From: Eledone cirrhosa
Lineage: Eukaryota
Assembly: GCA_964016885.1 (NCBI GenBank)
Contig: OZ024744.1
Location: 27,342,001 to 27,406,000, forward strand
Direction: 5' to 3'
DNA: 64,000 bases
The notes beneath the pieces are model-generated. The model was not told where the DNA came from, ran no database searches, and worked only from the letters and a program-made list of their open reading frames with translations. A program made the translations under genes and the position numbers. Positions 55,361 through 64,000 of the stretch are shown here, piece after piece; within the stretch, counting starts at the first letter, position 1; each line of letters opens with the position of its first letter.

Positions 55361-55872
55361 TTGTTGTTGTTGTTGGTACTGTTGGTTTGAGAGGAGGGGC
55401 GTGATGTTGTTGGTGGTGGTGTTGTTGGTGGTATTGTTTGTGTTGGTGTTGTTGGTGATGGTGTTGTTGTTGGTAAGGATGTTGTTGTTGTTGTTAGTGC
55501 TGGTATTGCTGTTGTTGTTGCTGTTGCTGTTGTTGTTGGTGGTGGTGGTGGTAGTGTTGGTTGTGTTGGTGTTGATGTTCTTGTTGTAAGTAGTGGTAGT
55601 GATGTTGTTGTTGGTGATGGTGGTGGTGGTGGTGGTTATTGTTGTAGGCACTGGTGTTTCGTTGTTGTTGTTGTTATGGGGGGGGGATGATGTTGTTTCT
55701 ACAATTGGTGGTGTTATTGTTGTTGTTGGTGGTGGTGGTGGTGGTGTGGTGGTGGTGGTGATGGTGGTGGTGTCGTTGTTGATGTTGTTGTGCTGTTGGT
55801 GATGACCGTGATGCTTTTGTTGTTGTAGTTGTTGGTGGTGATGGTGTTGTTCTTGACGTTGTTGTTGTTGTT
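55361..55872. repeat. Degenerate (GTT)n/(GGT)n trinucleotide low-complexity tract
   Basis: Runs of gttgttgtt, ggtggtggt, gatg, gctgtt; produces the poly-V/L and poly-N/T ORFs in the track. Confidence 0.95.
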
Positions 55873-55919
55873 TAAAGTCACTGAAGCGAACACCGTGATG
55901 TTTTTCTCTATAATTTTCA

Positions 55920-56103
55920 GTGGATTGGCAGTATCGGTAGAGGGTTGGACGCCATGCTTTCCAGCATAGTTATGCCACTTTACGCTCTGATTTCAAATCC
56001 CGTCGAGGTTAACTTTGCTTTTCCCCCTTACGGGGTCGATAAAATAAAGTACCAGTAATGTACTGGGTAATTACTGGCCTTGTGTCAAAAGTAGAATCAA
56101 TTA
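55920..56103 (+). mobile_element. tRNA-derived SINE copy (family resembling Octopus SINEs)
   Basis: A-box-like TGGCAGTATCGG, degenerate B-box GATTTCAAATCCC, body ...GAGGTTAACTTTGC...GGGGTCGATAAAATAAAGTACCAGT; a closely similar copy lies inverted at 58951-59136. Family attribution is from recall, not a search. Confidence 0.75.
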
Positions 56104-56130
56104 TTTATTTCTGGAATATATGTAAATACA

Positions 56131-57296
56131 GTAGATGAATGGTTTGTGAGAGCTTTACAAGCCATGTATAAAGGCACAGTCAGTAAGGTTAGAATTTAAC
56201 AATGAATTTAATGTTAAAAAGTAGGTGTTCATCAGGGCTCTGTCATTAGCCCCCTCCTATTTATTATTGCCCTACATGCTATAACAGAAGAGTTTAAGAC
56301 CGGCTGCCCATGGGAACTCCTATACGCAGATGATCTATCTCTCATAGCTGAATCAATGGCTGAACTAGAGAATAAATTCCAAACATAGAAGCATGGCCTA
56401 GAATCAAAAGACCTTAAAGTTAACTTGTCTAAGACTAAAGTTCTAGTTTGTAGAAAGAAAAATAGGGCACAGGTGCCCTCAGGGAATTGGCCATGCTCAG
56501 TGTGTAGGAAAGGAGTAGACAAAAATTCCATTTTATGTCCCAAATGCAAACTATGGGTACATTAAAGATGTAGTGGGATCACAGGTAGACTATCTAAGAT
56601 CGTAGATTTTATATGTGGCCGATGCTCATGTGCAATAAGTAGCAAATGCCCACACGATACTAGCTCCTTCTGTTGCCCAGATGGTTCTATAGAAATAGTG
56701 GACACTTTCCGTTACCTAGGTGACAAAATCAGCAGTGGCGGAGGGTGCTCTGAAAGTACAGTAGCCAAAGTCAGAACGGGATGGAAAAATTTCAGAGAGC
56801 TTATACCACTATTGGCCGCTAAAGGGTTCTCTCTAAAAATGAAAGGCAGGCTGTATGATGCCTGTTTACGAACAGCAATGCTACATGGCAGTGAGACATG
56901 GGCATTGCGTGCAGAGGACTTGTGTAGATTGGAAAGGAACGAAGCATGCATGCTCCGTTGGACGTGTAATAGTAATATACGTGAACGGCAAAGCATAAAT
57001 GAACTAAGTGAGAAATTAGGAATAAGAGGGATCAGATGCTGTTTACTTGAGAGAAGACTACGTTGGTATGGTCACGTGATGCGCATGAAAGACAACAGCT
57101 GTATAAAAAAAAGTGCAGGGCGATCAAAATTGATGGAAGTTAAGGAGTAGTTAGACCCTGAAAAATCAGGGACGATTTGATAAATTCCGACCTTACACAC
57201 TTACACCTCTCTAAGACAATGTCACTGGACCGAGATCTTTGCCGCTACGCAGTAATACAGAAGACCCGCCTTGCCTATGTACAAAGTGAAACCTAA
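56131..57296 (+). mobile_element. 5'-truncated, decayed RTE-clade LINE: 3' part of reverse transcriptase with embedded PHD finger plus C-terminal region
   Basis: Manual translation: VDEWFVRALQAMYKG; VGVHQGSVISPLLF (56221); ELLYADDL (YADD 56323-56334); KVNLSKTKVL; VDTFRYLGD; MLHGSETW; RRLRWYGHVMRM; after a frameshift in an A-run near 57110, ...RP*K..D.....D....L.....DRDLCRYAV, typical RTE C-terminus. In-frame stops at 56386 and 56563. Confidence 0.92.
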
Positions 57297-57489
57297 AGTC
57301 AGTAGACACCTCTTAACCAAATATACACCCCAACCCACTACCCCTACCCTATCCTCCCACTTCCACTAACACCATCCTCTCTCTGTAAAGTTGGTACCAC
57401 AACATCCAGTTCAAATAATTAGATAATTAGATCGAAATCAAGATCATGTAGGTATCACAACAAAAAAAAAACCACACACAGTCCACGCT

Positions 57490-57708
57490 GTAGTGTGGCC
57501 GTGTAGGTAACACGGTAAAAAGTTCCCAGTTCCACACTGTAAATGTGGTTGGTGTTAGGAAGGGCACCCAGCAGTAGAAAACCTGCAAGATAGTCCTATA
57601 TGAGCGAGACACGGTCACCCCACCAACCTTGCCTCAAATGGGACAACTCCCGTCTAACACATGCTAGCGTGGAAGACAGACGTTAAACGATGATGATGAT
57701 GATGATGA
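57490..57708 (+). mobile_element. Retroposon 3' end (SINE or RTE-type 3' UTR) with (GAT)n tail
   Basis: GTGGTTGGTGTTAGGAAGGGCACCCAGCAGTAGAAA...CATGCTAGCGTGGAAGACAGACGTTAAAC followed by (GAT)6 at 57689-57706; resembles an abundant Octopus repeat end as I recall it; short tandem tails are typical of RTE-related elements. Confidence 0.65.
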
Positions 57709-57710
57709 CA

Positions 57711-58005
57711 GTTTAATAGAAAAAGTAAAGAAAAGAAAATATAGATTGAGAAGAATGGAATGTAAAATAGGAAAATATAAATAAAAATACTGGAAAAGAC
57801 TGGAATGGCAAGGACTCTAGTGCCACAGAAGAATAGGGAGTGGGGAGGGTGATGGTGATTGGGCTCTGGACCTAGGGTGCGTCAGTAATGGGGCTGAGCC
57901 CCGCGAACAAGACCGCAAGAGCATTCCCGTGGAAAATGGTCAGCGACACCTGCTGCAACAACCATCCCACCTCGCGGGGTTCGTTCCTCAGACATGCCGC
58001 CAAAA
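57711..58005 (-). mobile_element. Short 3' fragment of a CRE-like non-LTR retrotransposon (end of RLE domain plus pyrimidine-rich 3' UTR)
   Basis: Minus-strand translation LAACLRNEPREVGWLLQQVSLTIFHGNALAVLFAGLSPITDAP* (stop at 57872-57874) matches the CRE-type C-terminal motif xPRExxWLxQRxSxxIxRGNAxxxL; followed by T-rich sequence and an ATTAAA at 57712-57717 (minus strand). Confidence 0.6.
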
Positions 58006-58079
58006 AAGTACATTCCACTAACTTGATTTGTAATCAAGGAAGCTTTAAAACAAGGCTAGCATATTTTAAAATAATATTG

Positions 58080-58455
58080 TGAGTTGAAATCGCGGACCGA
58101 GTAGTGCGTTGTGTCCTTTAGACACTTCATTTCACGTTGCTCCAGTTTACTCAGCTGTAGAAATGAGTTGTGACGTCACTGGTGCCAAGTTGTGTCAGCC
58201 ATTACCTTTCCCTTGGACAACATCGTATATAGTGTATATATAGTGTATATATAGTGTGTACTAACGTTGTGACGTTACAAGTGTCAAGCTGTATCAGCCA
58301 TTACCTTTCCCTTGGACAACATCAGTGACGTAGAGGGGAGAGACTGGTATACATGGGCGACTGCTGGTCTTTCTCAAACAACCGTGCCCGGACTGGTGCC
58401 TGGGAGTAGAAGTTTCTAGGTTCAAAACTATGGTCACTCCTAACTGAACGGGCTT
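58080..58455 (+). mobile_element. CORE-domain SINE remnant with an internal 58-bp duplication
   Basis: TGTGTCCTT..GACACTTCATTTCACGTTGCTCCAGTTTACTCAGCTGTAGAAATGAG (about 58109-58167) aligns by eye with the MIR/CORE consensus ...CAGTTTCCTCATCTGTAAAATGGG; preceded by a degenerate B-box-like GAGTTGAAATC. Confidence 0.6.
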
Positions 58456-58515
58456 TTACGGGGTCGATAAAAATTAAAGTACGAGTAATGCAAACACACA
58501 CAAACACACACACAC
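58456..58515 (+). repeat. Small fragment of the 55920-type SINE followed by a (CA)n microsatellite
   Basis: TTACGGGGTCGATAAAATTAAAGTACGAGTAATGCA matches 56028-56062; then AACACACACAAACACACACACAC. Confidence 0.7.
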
Positions 58516-58740
58516 GTTAGCACCCCAAACGTTTAATTGGGAATATACTCAGGTATTTCCTAATGTTTGTTGAGTGAGTTGGAATTTGGCCGGAGTATCG
58601 TTATTAGCTTTCTCCGATTATGTATTTATATATTTACTCTTGGAGCAACAGATATTAACTTTCCCGATATAAGGTATGACTCTCTTTGTTTATTTTTTAT
58701 ATGAATATTGATTGTTAGTACACTAACTTTTAAGAAAATG

Positions 58741-58948
58741 ACAACACCAACCACAGCAGTAACAGCGACACAACCAAAAGACAAACAACAGAAACAAAGA
58801 CAACAAAAACAACGAAATTAACAACATGAACAGCGACAGCAGCAACAATACCAACTGCACCGAGAACAAAAATAGCGGCAACAAAGATACAATATAGTGC
58901 AACAGCGACAACACCAGCAAGAACAATGGCAGCAACACCAACAACTAT
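58741..58948. repeat. Highly degenerate (AAC)/(AGC)n trinucleotide tract
   Basis: acaacaccaaccacagcagtaacagcgacacaacc... period-3, A/C-rich. Confidence 0.85.
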
Positions 58949-58950
58949 AA

Positions 58951-59136
58951 TAATTGTTTCTACTTTTGGCACAAGGCCAGCAATTACCCAGTGCATTACT
59001 GGTACTTTATGTTATCGACCCCATAAGGATGAAAGGTAAAGTTAACCTCGGCGGTATTTGAACTCAGAATGGCAAGGACCGTAACTCTATGCGTCAAAGC
59101 ATGGCGTCCGACCCTCTACCGATACTGCCAATCCAC
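58951..59136 (-). mobile_element. tRNA-derived SINE copy, inverted relative to 55920-56103
   Basis: Reverse complement reads GTGGATTGGCAGTATCGGTAGAGGGTCGGACGCCATGCTTT...GAGTTCAAATACCGCCGAGGTTAACTTT...GGGGTCGATAACATAAAGTACCAGTAATGCACTGGGTAATTGCTGGCCTTGTGCCAAAAGTAGAAACAATTA; B-box GTTCAAATAC better preserved here. Confidence 0.8.
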
Positions 59137-59157
59137 CGTCCTCACAACTGTAAAAAT

Positions 59158-59268
59158 GACGACAACAACAACAACAACATCAACGACGACAACACCAACA
59201 ACAATATAGTGAACGAAAAACAGCAAAATAGCAACAACAAAAATAACGACAACAACAGCAACAACAAA
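59158..59268. repeat. (AAC)n microsatellite tract
   Basis: gacgacaacaacaacaacaacatcaacgacgacaacacc...aacaacagcaacaacaaa. Confidence 0.9.
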
Positions 59269-60358
59269 GGGAGTACTTTCGTGGCCACGGTAGCAAAAGG
59301 CCAAACGGTGTACGACTTTGGCCTTACAGAGAAAAGGGAACGTTTGGCCCAACCGGAAAAATTAATACAAGAGAGAAAAGCTGGGCCAATTTAAACGTCC
59401 CGCCAGAGGTAATGGCAGCAAAGGAGAACTTTAAAATATCGATGCATTTCGGTCAAATCTTGAAAAGCCGAGAATGCCCCTGAAGGACGGATACAGGCAG
59501 CACTGAAATGCATCGATAATGATGGCATAGACCATATAACAAGGGCCAGACAATTTGGGAGGATCTTGGTACTTTTCAAAACTGAGGCCCTTGCTATGCT
59601 GTGTTATCCTGCAAAATGGACCAAATTATTTTGTACCCGTCCTACATGGAGAGGAGTACAGCAAGGGTCCGTTTTCCCTGGATTCCGCCAGGACTGGATT
59701 TATGGTGGCTCCTGGGATGCATGGCAGTAGAGGGCCCTGGCACCCTCATCTACGTTAAATTTACAAAGAGAGCGGTGGTCCGGGACTGGTTTGGAGATTA
59801 TTCTCCAAATCAGACCTGAAGACACAAAAAACATACCGGACCACATTAAACTACCGGACAGGTACGAAATCCGGGTAGTCACGGAGGGCAAACAGCCACA
59901 TTGTTTCAGGTGTGGTGAAGCCACTCACCTGAGATACTTTTGTCTGCAGTTGAAAACTACAGGCGGCCGCAAACATCCGTTGCTGCCAACACCGGTGTCG
60001 AGTGGAGGATAACACCAGCAGCAAGAGAAAAAAAAACAGCACCATTAACAAAAAGGACAATTAAACCCACCCAGGTTGTCGTCCAAAGAGCTCTCCCTCT
60101 CCCCCTCTTTCAAACACATACACAGTGCAAAACACACACACCGTAAACACAGTTACACTCTCCTCTGACACAGAGACCCCAGACATCAGTTCTTCGACTT
60201 CTCCAAAAAGCCTAAAATAGCAAAAAAGAAAGGACAAAAAGAAAAAGAAAGCTCCAGCTCCACACACACCAATAAACACACAAAACACACCCACAGCAAA
60301 TACAGATTACACCCACAGCAACACCAACCGACCCCACAAGACTCCGGGAGGTAAGTGA
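59269..60358 (+). pseudogene. Tx1-like ORF1 (gag-like) pseudogene with CCHC zinc knuckle and low-complexity C-terminus
   Basis: STFVATVAKG N-terminal segment; IILYPSYMERSTARVRFPWIPPGLD; IRVVTEGKQPH-CFRCGEATHLRYFC (C-x2-C-x4-H-x4-C at 59902-59943); K/T/P-rich tail. Fragments lie in different frames. Confidence 0.8.
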
Positions 60359-60387
60359 ACCTTTCCTCTCTCCTTTAGCCTGCCAAC

Positions 60388-63265
60388 ATGGCCATATTAA
60401 GAGTAGTATGTTTAAAAGTTCGTGGCCTGGGGTCATCCTAGAAGCAGGGTCACCTACTCAACGATCTCAGGTCTCTAGAAATGGATGTAATTGTGGTCAG
60501 CGAGACCAGGATTTACGACACTCGCGCATTAACCGCCATTTTCGACGACGATCAGATCTTCGCATCTGTTAGTCGGCCGGGATTGGGTGGTGGGGTGGCA
60601 GTGCTGTTTAGTTAAGGCCTGGTTCTCGAGGTAAGGTCGATATTCCTGGACCCGGACGGTAAGTTGGTGGTCCTGGACGCGAACAATAGCGAAGAAGGTG
60701 CCTTTAGACTGCTGGCTGTCTACGTCCCTACCGGGGCCGGACGGTCGGAGTTCTTTAGGCGCCTGGAAGCCTTTCTGGGTACGCCTCGCCCATTGCTGTT
60801 ATCGGGAGACTGGAACGGCATCTTAGACGCGCACTGGGATTGTGGTGGAGTATTCGATAGGAGCAGGAGGTGGGGGTGCAGAAGCCTCAAGTTCCAACTG
60901 TCTGACAAGTACCGACTAGATTTCCTTAATACACCAGTGTGGACGTGGACCAACCACATAGGGTCATCTAGATCGCATATAGACACGATTTTTATTAGGA
61001 AAATAGAAAGAAATAGTGTAGGCTGTTCTAAAACGGTCTCCTATTCACATCACAAGTTTGTGATCTGTATGGTCGACCTAGATAAGATATGCAGGTTAAG
61101 ACCTGGTTACTGGAAGCCTAAACATGTCGTTTCCGGCACGTAAGTTTTAGGGACCGGGTCAACAATTTAGTTAAGCAAAAGTTGACAGGAGGGTTGCCGT
61201 CAACAACAGATGGTGGGGGACTCTCAAAAGAGAGATTAGAGTAACTTCGATAGGGTTTAGCAAAGAAGTAGCGTTAGAGAAATTTAGAAAGGAGGGTGAG
61301 CTGGTAGCTAAATTAGACGAGGCTATTTGAAGTGGCATTGCTACGGTCGTGCTAGCAGCGAGAATGGAACTAGACCATTTCTTCAATGCGAAACACGAAA
61401 GTTGCATTGTCGGAGCTAAGGGGCGTGCGCTGAGAAACGAGGCAACCAAAGTTGTTCGATGGTCCCGTGTGGCGAGGACGCAGCGTGGTAATAAAACCCA
61501 ATTCGGTCTTTGACGGACCGAGAGGGAGACGAGATAAGCGATTCCAGCCGAATGTGTGAGGCCTTTTGCCAGCAATTTGCTTGGTTGTTCGGAGAGAGGG
61601 TCGGATCAGAGACAGTAGCGGACTTCAGTCCCTACCTCGATGGCTTGCCGCAACTCTCGACGGCCGACGCTGAGCGCTGCGAAAGGCCGAGATTCAAGCC
61701 GAGATTCAAGGATGCCCTTGTCGGCTGCACGAGGCGTAAATCACCCGATTTGGATGGTCTGCCCTACGAGCTTTACGTAAATATGCCAGATTGTTCTCCT
61801 ATCTCCTCGAAGCGCTCTACTGCAACTGGCAGCAGAACGGGAGTATTCCCAGTTCTGTGAGCCGGGGTGTAGTGACGCTGATAAGGAAAGATGAGAACAA
61901 GGGACACATTAGATAACTTCAGCCTCATAACTTTGCTCAACACAGAGTTGAAGATTTTTGCCAAGGTGTTAGCGAAGAGGTTGGCGCTTGTCGTCAAGAG
62001 TCTAAGGTGCGTCTATGGATGGGGGGGGGGGGGGGGGGCGCAATCCCAGCCTGGTTCATAGACGACAAACTCCAGCTCATGCGATACATCATAGAGAGTG
62101 TAGAGTGTAAACCGGGCTTCAGGTGGGGTTCTGATCAATTTAGATCAATCGAAAGCATTCGATAGGTGGTGACCATCTATATCTTGAAGCTCTCCTCAAG
62201 GCAGCTGGCTCTGCTCTTCAGAGGCTTCATCGCTCAATGCACGTTTCAGATCTCAGTCCGTCTAGGGTGCCCTCTCTCTGCCCTTCTGTACGTATTGACA
62301 CTAGGGTCTTTTCTGCGGAAGCTGGAGCTGTTGCAGGGCATCCCGCTCGAAATGTAACGCGGAAAGGCTGTGTCGACTTATGTGGACGACATCGAGGTGG
62401 TCGGCAACTTAGTGGAGGAATATGAAAGGTTGACGGGAGCAAAACTTAATCCGGAAAAGTCGGTGGGCTTGCAACTCGATAAGAATTGGGACTAGGTGAC
62501 AGGCAGGGTAGCCAGTCTCACCCAAAAATGGGCTGCGAGGAAGCTATCACTGAAAGGTCGAGCGGAGGTTGCGAACACGTATATCGCGTCCCTCATCTAC
62601 TATCGCCTGGTCATCGTCCCTTGACCCCGTCCGCCTCTCGCCAACTTGGATCGGCTCCCCTTCAAATTCTTGTGGAGAGGGCAGGTTCCGTGGGTGAGGC
62701 GTTCTATCTGCTCCCAGCAACCTCAGCGGAGGACTTTCGAGCCGGGGACGATGGATAATTTCCCAAAATCCCTCGCTTAGCAGTGCTACCGGGGGGCACT
62801 GCCGGTTCGATATAAACTCTACAGGCACGGAAGTGCTGTCAGATGGACCTGCCCGAGATGCGCGCAGAGCGACGAAACCGTTCTGCTCGCACTCATCCAG
62901 TGCCCGAGCACTGACTTGTGGATTTATGTCGACAGTTGTTCTCGCGTGTAGAACTGATCCGTCTATCGGCCGAGACCATAGTGAAGATCGAGCCACCGCC
63001 TTCTTTTGGTCAGGAAGGGCAGGTAATTTTCCTCTGTCTGGTGGCAGTAGCGAAAGAGGTTATATAGTGGACGAGGTTGAAAGGACTGAATACAGACACG
63101 TTTCTCTTCGGCCAATCCCTCATCAACTTGTTAACGTTTTACTTGGAAAGGAAGGTGAGGGTGGAGAGAGAAGTGCTGCCCCCCAGTACATTTGCTGAAA
63201 GGTGGGTGAATGTGGCGAGAATGGCCCGTGTGAGTGGGCCTACTCTGGTCATGCGCCTGTATGTG
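60388..63265 (+). pseudogene. Tx1/L1 ORF2 pseudogene: apurinic-like endonuclease, reverse transcriptase, C-terminal zinc finger
   Basis: ATG 60388 MAILRVVCLKVRGL (for NVRGL), VSETR, GGVAVLF, VYVP, SGDWN, WTW, SRSHIDTIF, SHH (for SDH), PGYWK; RT: KSPDLDGLPYELY, ITLLNTELKIFAKVLAKRL, LDQSKAFDRV, SVRLGCPLSALLY, YVDD (62379-62390), GAKLNPEKS; C-terminal CPRC..ETVLLALIQCP. First stop at 60439. Confidence 0.92.
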
Positions 63266-63510
63266 GGTGAATTTGAAGAGGAGAAGGTGCCCTTCCCGGG
63301 TGCTCTCGAAGCGTCGGGTCGTTCAGGATTGGTGGGGTATCTGAGTGAATCCTGGGTGGTCATCCCCCTATTGGGGATTTTTTATTGTAATTGTATTGTT
63401 ACTTTGTTATTGTTATTCATATTGTTTACTCGATTTTTCTGTAAAACCCCACTGTCCCAGTCTTTTGTATTGTCCCCTATATGTCGGCCCTTGTGGCCAA
63501 TAAATGAAAT

Positions 63511-63540
63511 CATTATTATTATTATTGTTATTGTTATTAC
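63511..63540. repeat. (ATT)n/(TAA)n microsatellite between the Tx1 3' end and the R4/Dong 3' end
   Basis: cattattattattattgttattgttattac. Confidence 0.85.
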
Positions 63541-64000
63541 TCCTTGAGTCTCAGTCATTGATGTTAGTTAACCGGAAAGTCCGTTGGAATGAATATCAAG
63601 CCACTACCTGCAGCCTCAGATATTCAGGACGTATCTGAGGGTTCTTGCTGTTCCCAGCAAGCATGCTTTTTGAAGCGTTCCAAAAAGCGTGAAGGGGCCG
63701 ATTTTCTTTAACCATCCCTGGAAACTTTTGGAGATAGTCCCCAGTGCGCCTATGACAATCTGGATCACTTTGACTTCATGGCAGTTCCAAATCCTTTTTA
63801 CCTCCCACTTTAAGTCCTGGTATCGGTTAATTTTCTCCCTCTCCTTCTCTTGCACTCTCGTGTCGAATGGGCAGGCCACATCCACAATCAGACACGATCT
63901 TTTTTCTTTGTCCACAACCACCAGGTCAGGTCTATTGTGTTCCAGTTTCTTGTCCGTCTGTATCCTAAAATCCCACAGCACCTTCACCTGATCGTTCTCC
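63541..64000 (-). mobile_element. 3' end of an R4/Dong-clade non-LTR retrotransposon: restriction-like endonuclease domain, short 3' UTR; continues past window edge
   Basis: Open frame from window edge to stop at 63616: ENDQVKVLWDFRIQTDKKLEHNRPDLVVVDKEKRSCLIVDVACPFD...EKINRYQDL...IVIGALG...LQKACLLGTARTLR; RPD...D...K PD-(D/E)xK-type RLE signature; ~75-nt UTR then (TAA)n. Confidence 0.9.

Larger units (their letters stand above)
59269..63510 (+). mobile_element. Near full-length but decayed Tx1/L1-clade LINE (ORF1 + APE-RT-ZnF ORF2 + 3' UTR)
   Basis: ORF1 remnants with zinc knuckle, ORF2 with APE and RT motifs in correct order, T-rich 3' UTR and AATAAA at 63499-63504; numerous stops, frameshifts and deletions. 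Confidence 0.9.

Noticed and set aside
55322-55802. Poly-N/T and poly-V/L ORFs resembling membrane or low-complexity proteins (also 58723-59394)
   Set aside because: Trivial translations of trinucleotide microsatellites.
59269-63510. Active Tx1 element or a target-site duplication for it
   Set aside because: Many stops, frameshifts, deletions and altered conserved residues; 5' flank is (AAC)n and 3' flank (ATT)n with no clear TSD.
56232-63991. Antisense and off-frame ORFs overlapping the LINEs (e.g. 56232-56549, 61171-61575, 62547-62996, 63689-63991)
   Set aside because: Shadow frames of retrotransposon coding sequence with no recognisable motifs.

Overview
Eukaryotic repetitive DNA with no host protein-coding gene that I can support. 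Bases 1-55268 are one uninterrupted tandem satellite of about 700 copies of a 79-bp, ~54% GC monomer (consensus CACTGTTACGGCTAGGCATCTCAGTGCATGTGGTGGTAAGAAGGGAGGTAACCTTAGGGCCAGGGACACCAGAAGTCTC). Shared variants reveal nested multi-monomer duplications at offsets of 15, 22, 27, 31, 36, 51, 63 and 73 monomers; all ORFs called in the array are artefacts. The array ends abruptly and is followed by ~8.7 kb of microsatellites, tRNA-derived/CORE-like SINEs and four different non-LTR retrotransposon pieces: a decayed RTE-type element with a complete PHD finger inside its RT domain, a short CRE-like C-terminal fragment missed by the ORF track, a near full-length decayed Tx1/L1-clade element, and the 3' end of an R4/Dong-type element with an RLE endonuclease. 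The SINEs resemble ones I recall from Octopus, so a cephalopod origin is a plausible but unverified inference. I see no clear-cut novel gene system; the best leads are the PHD-in-RT architecture, the satellite's duplication history, the two tail-to-tail retroelement junctions at microsatellites, and splice-like signals just before Tx1 ORF2.
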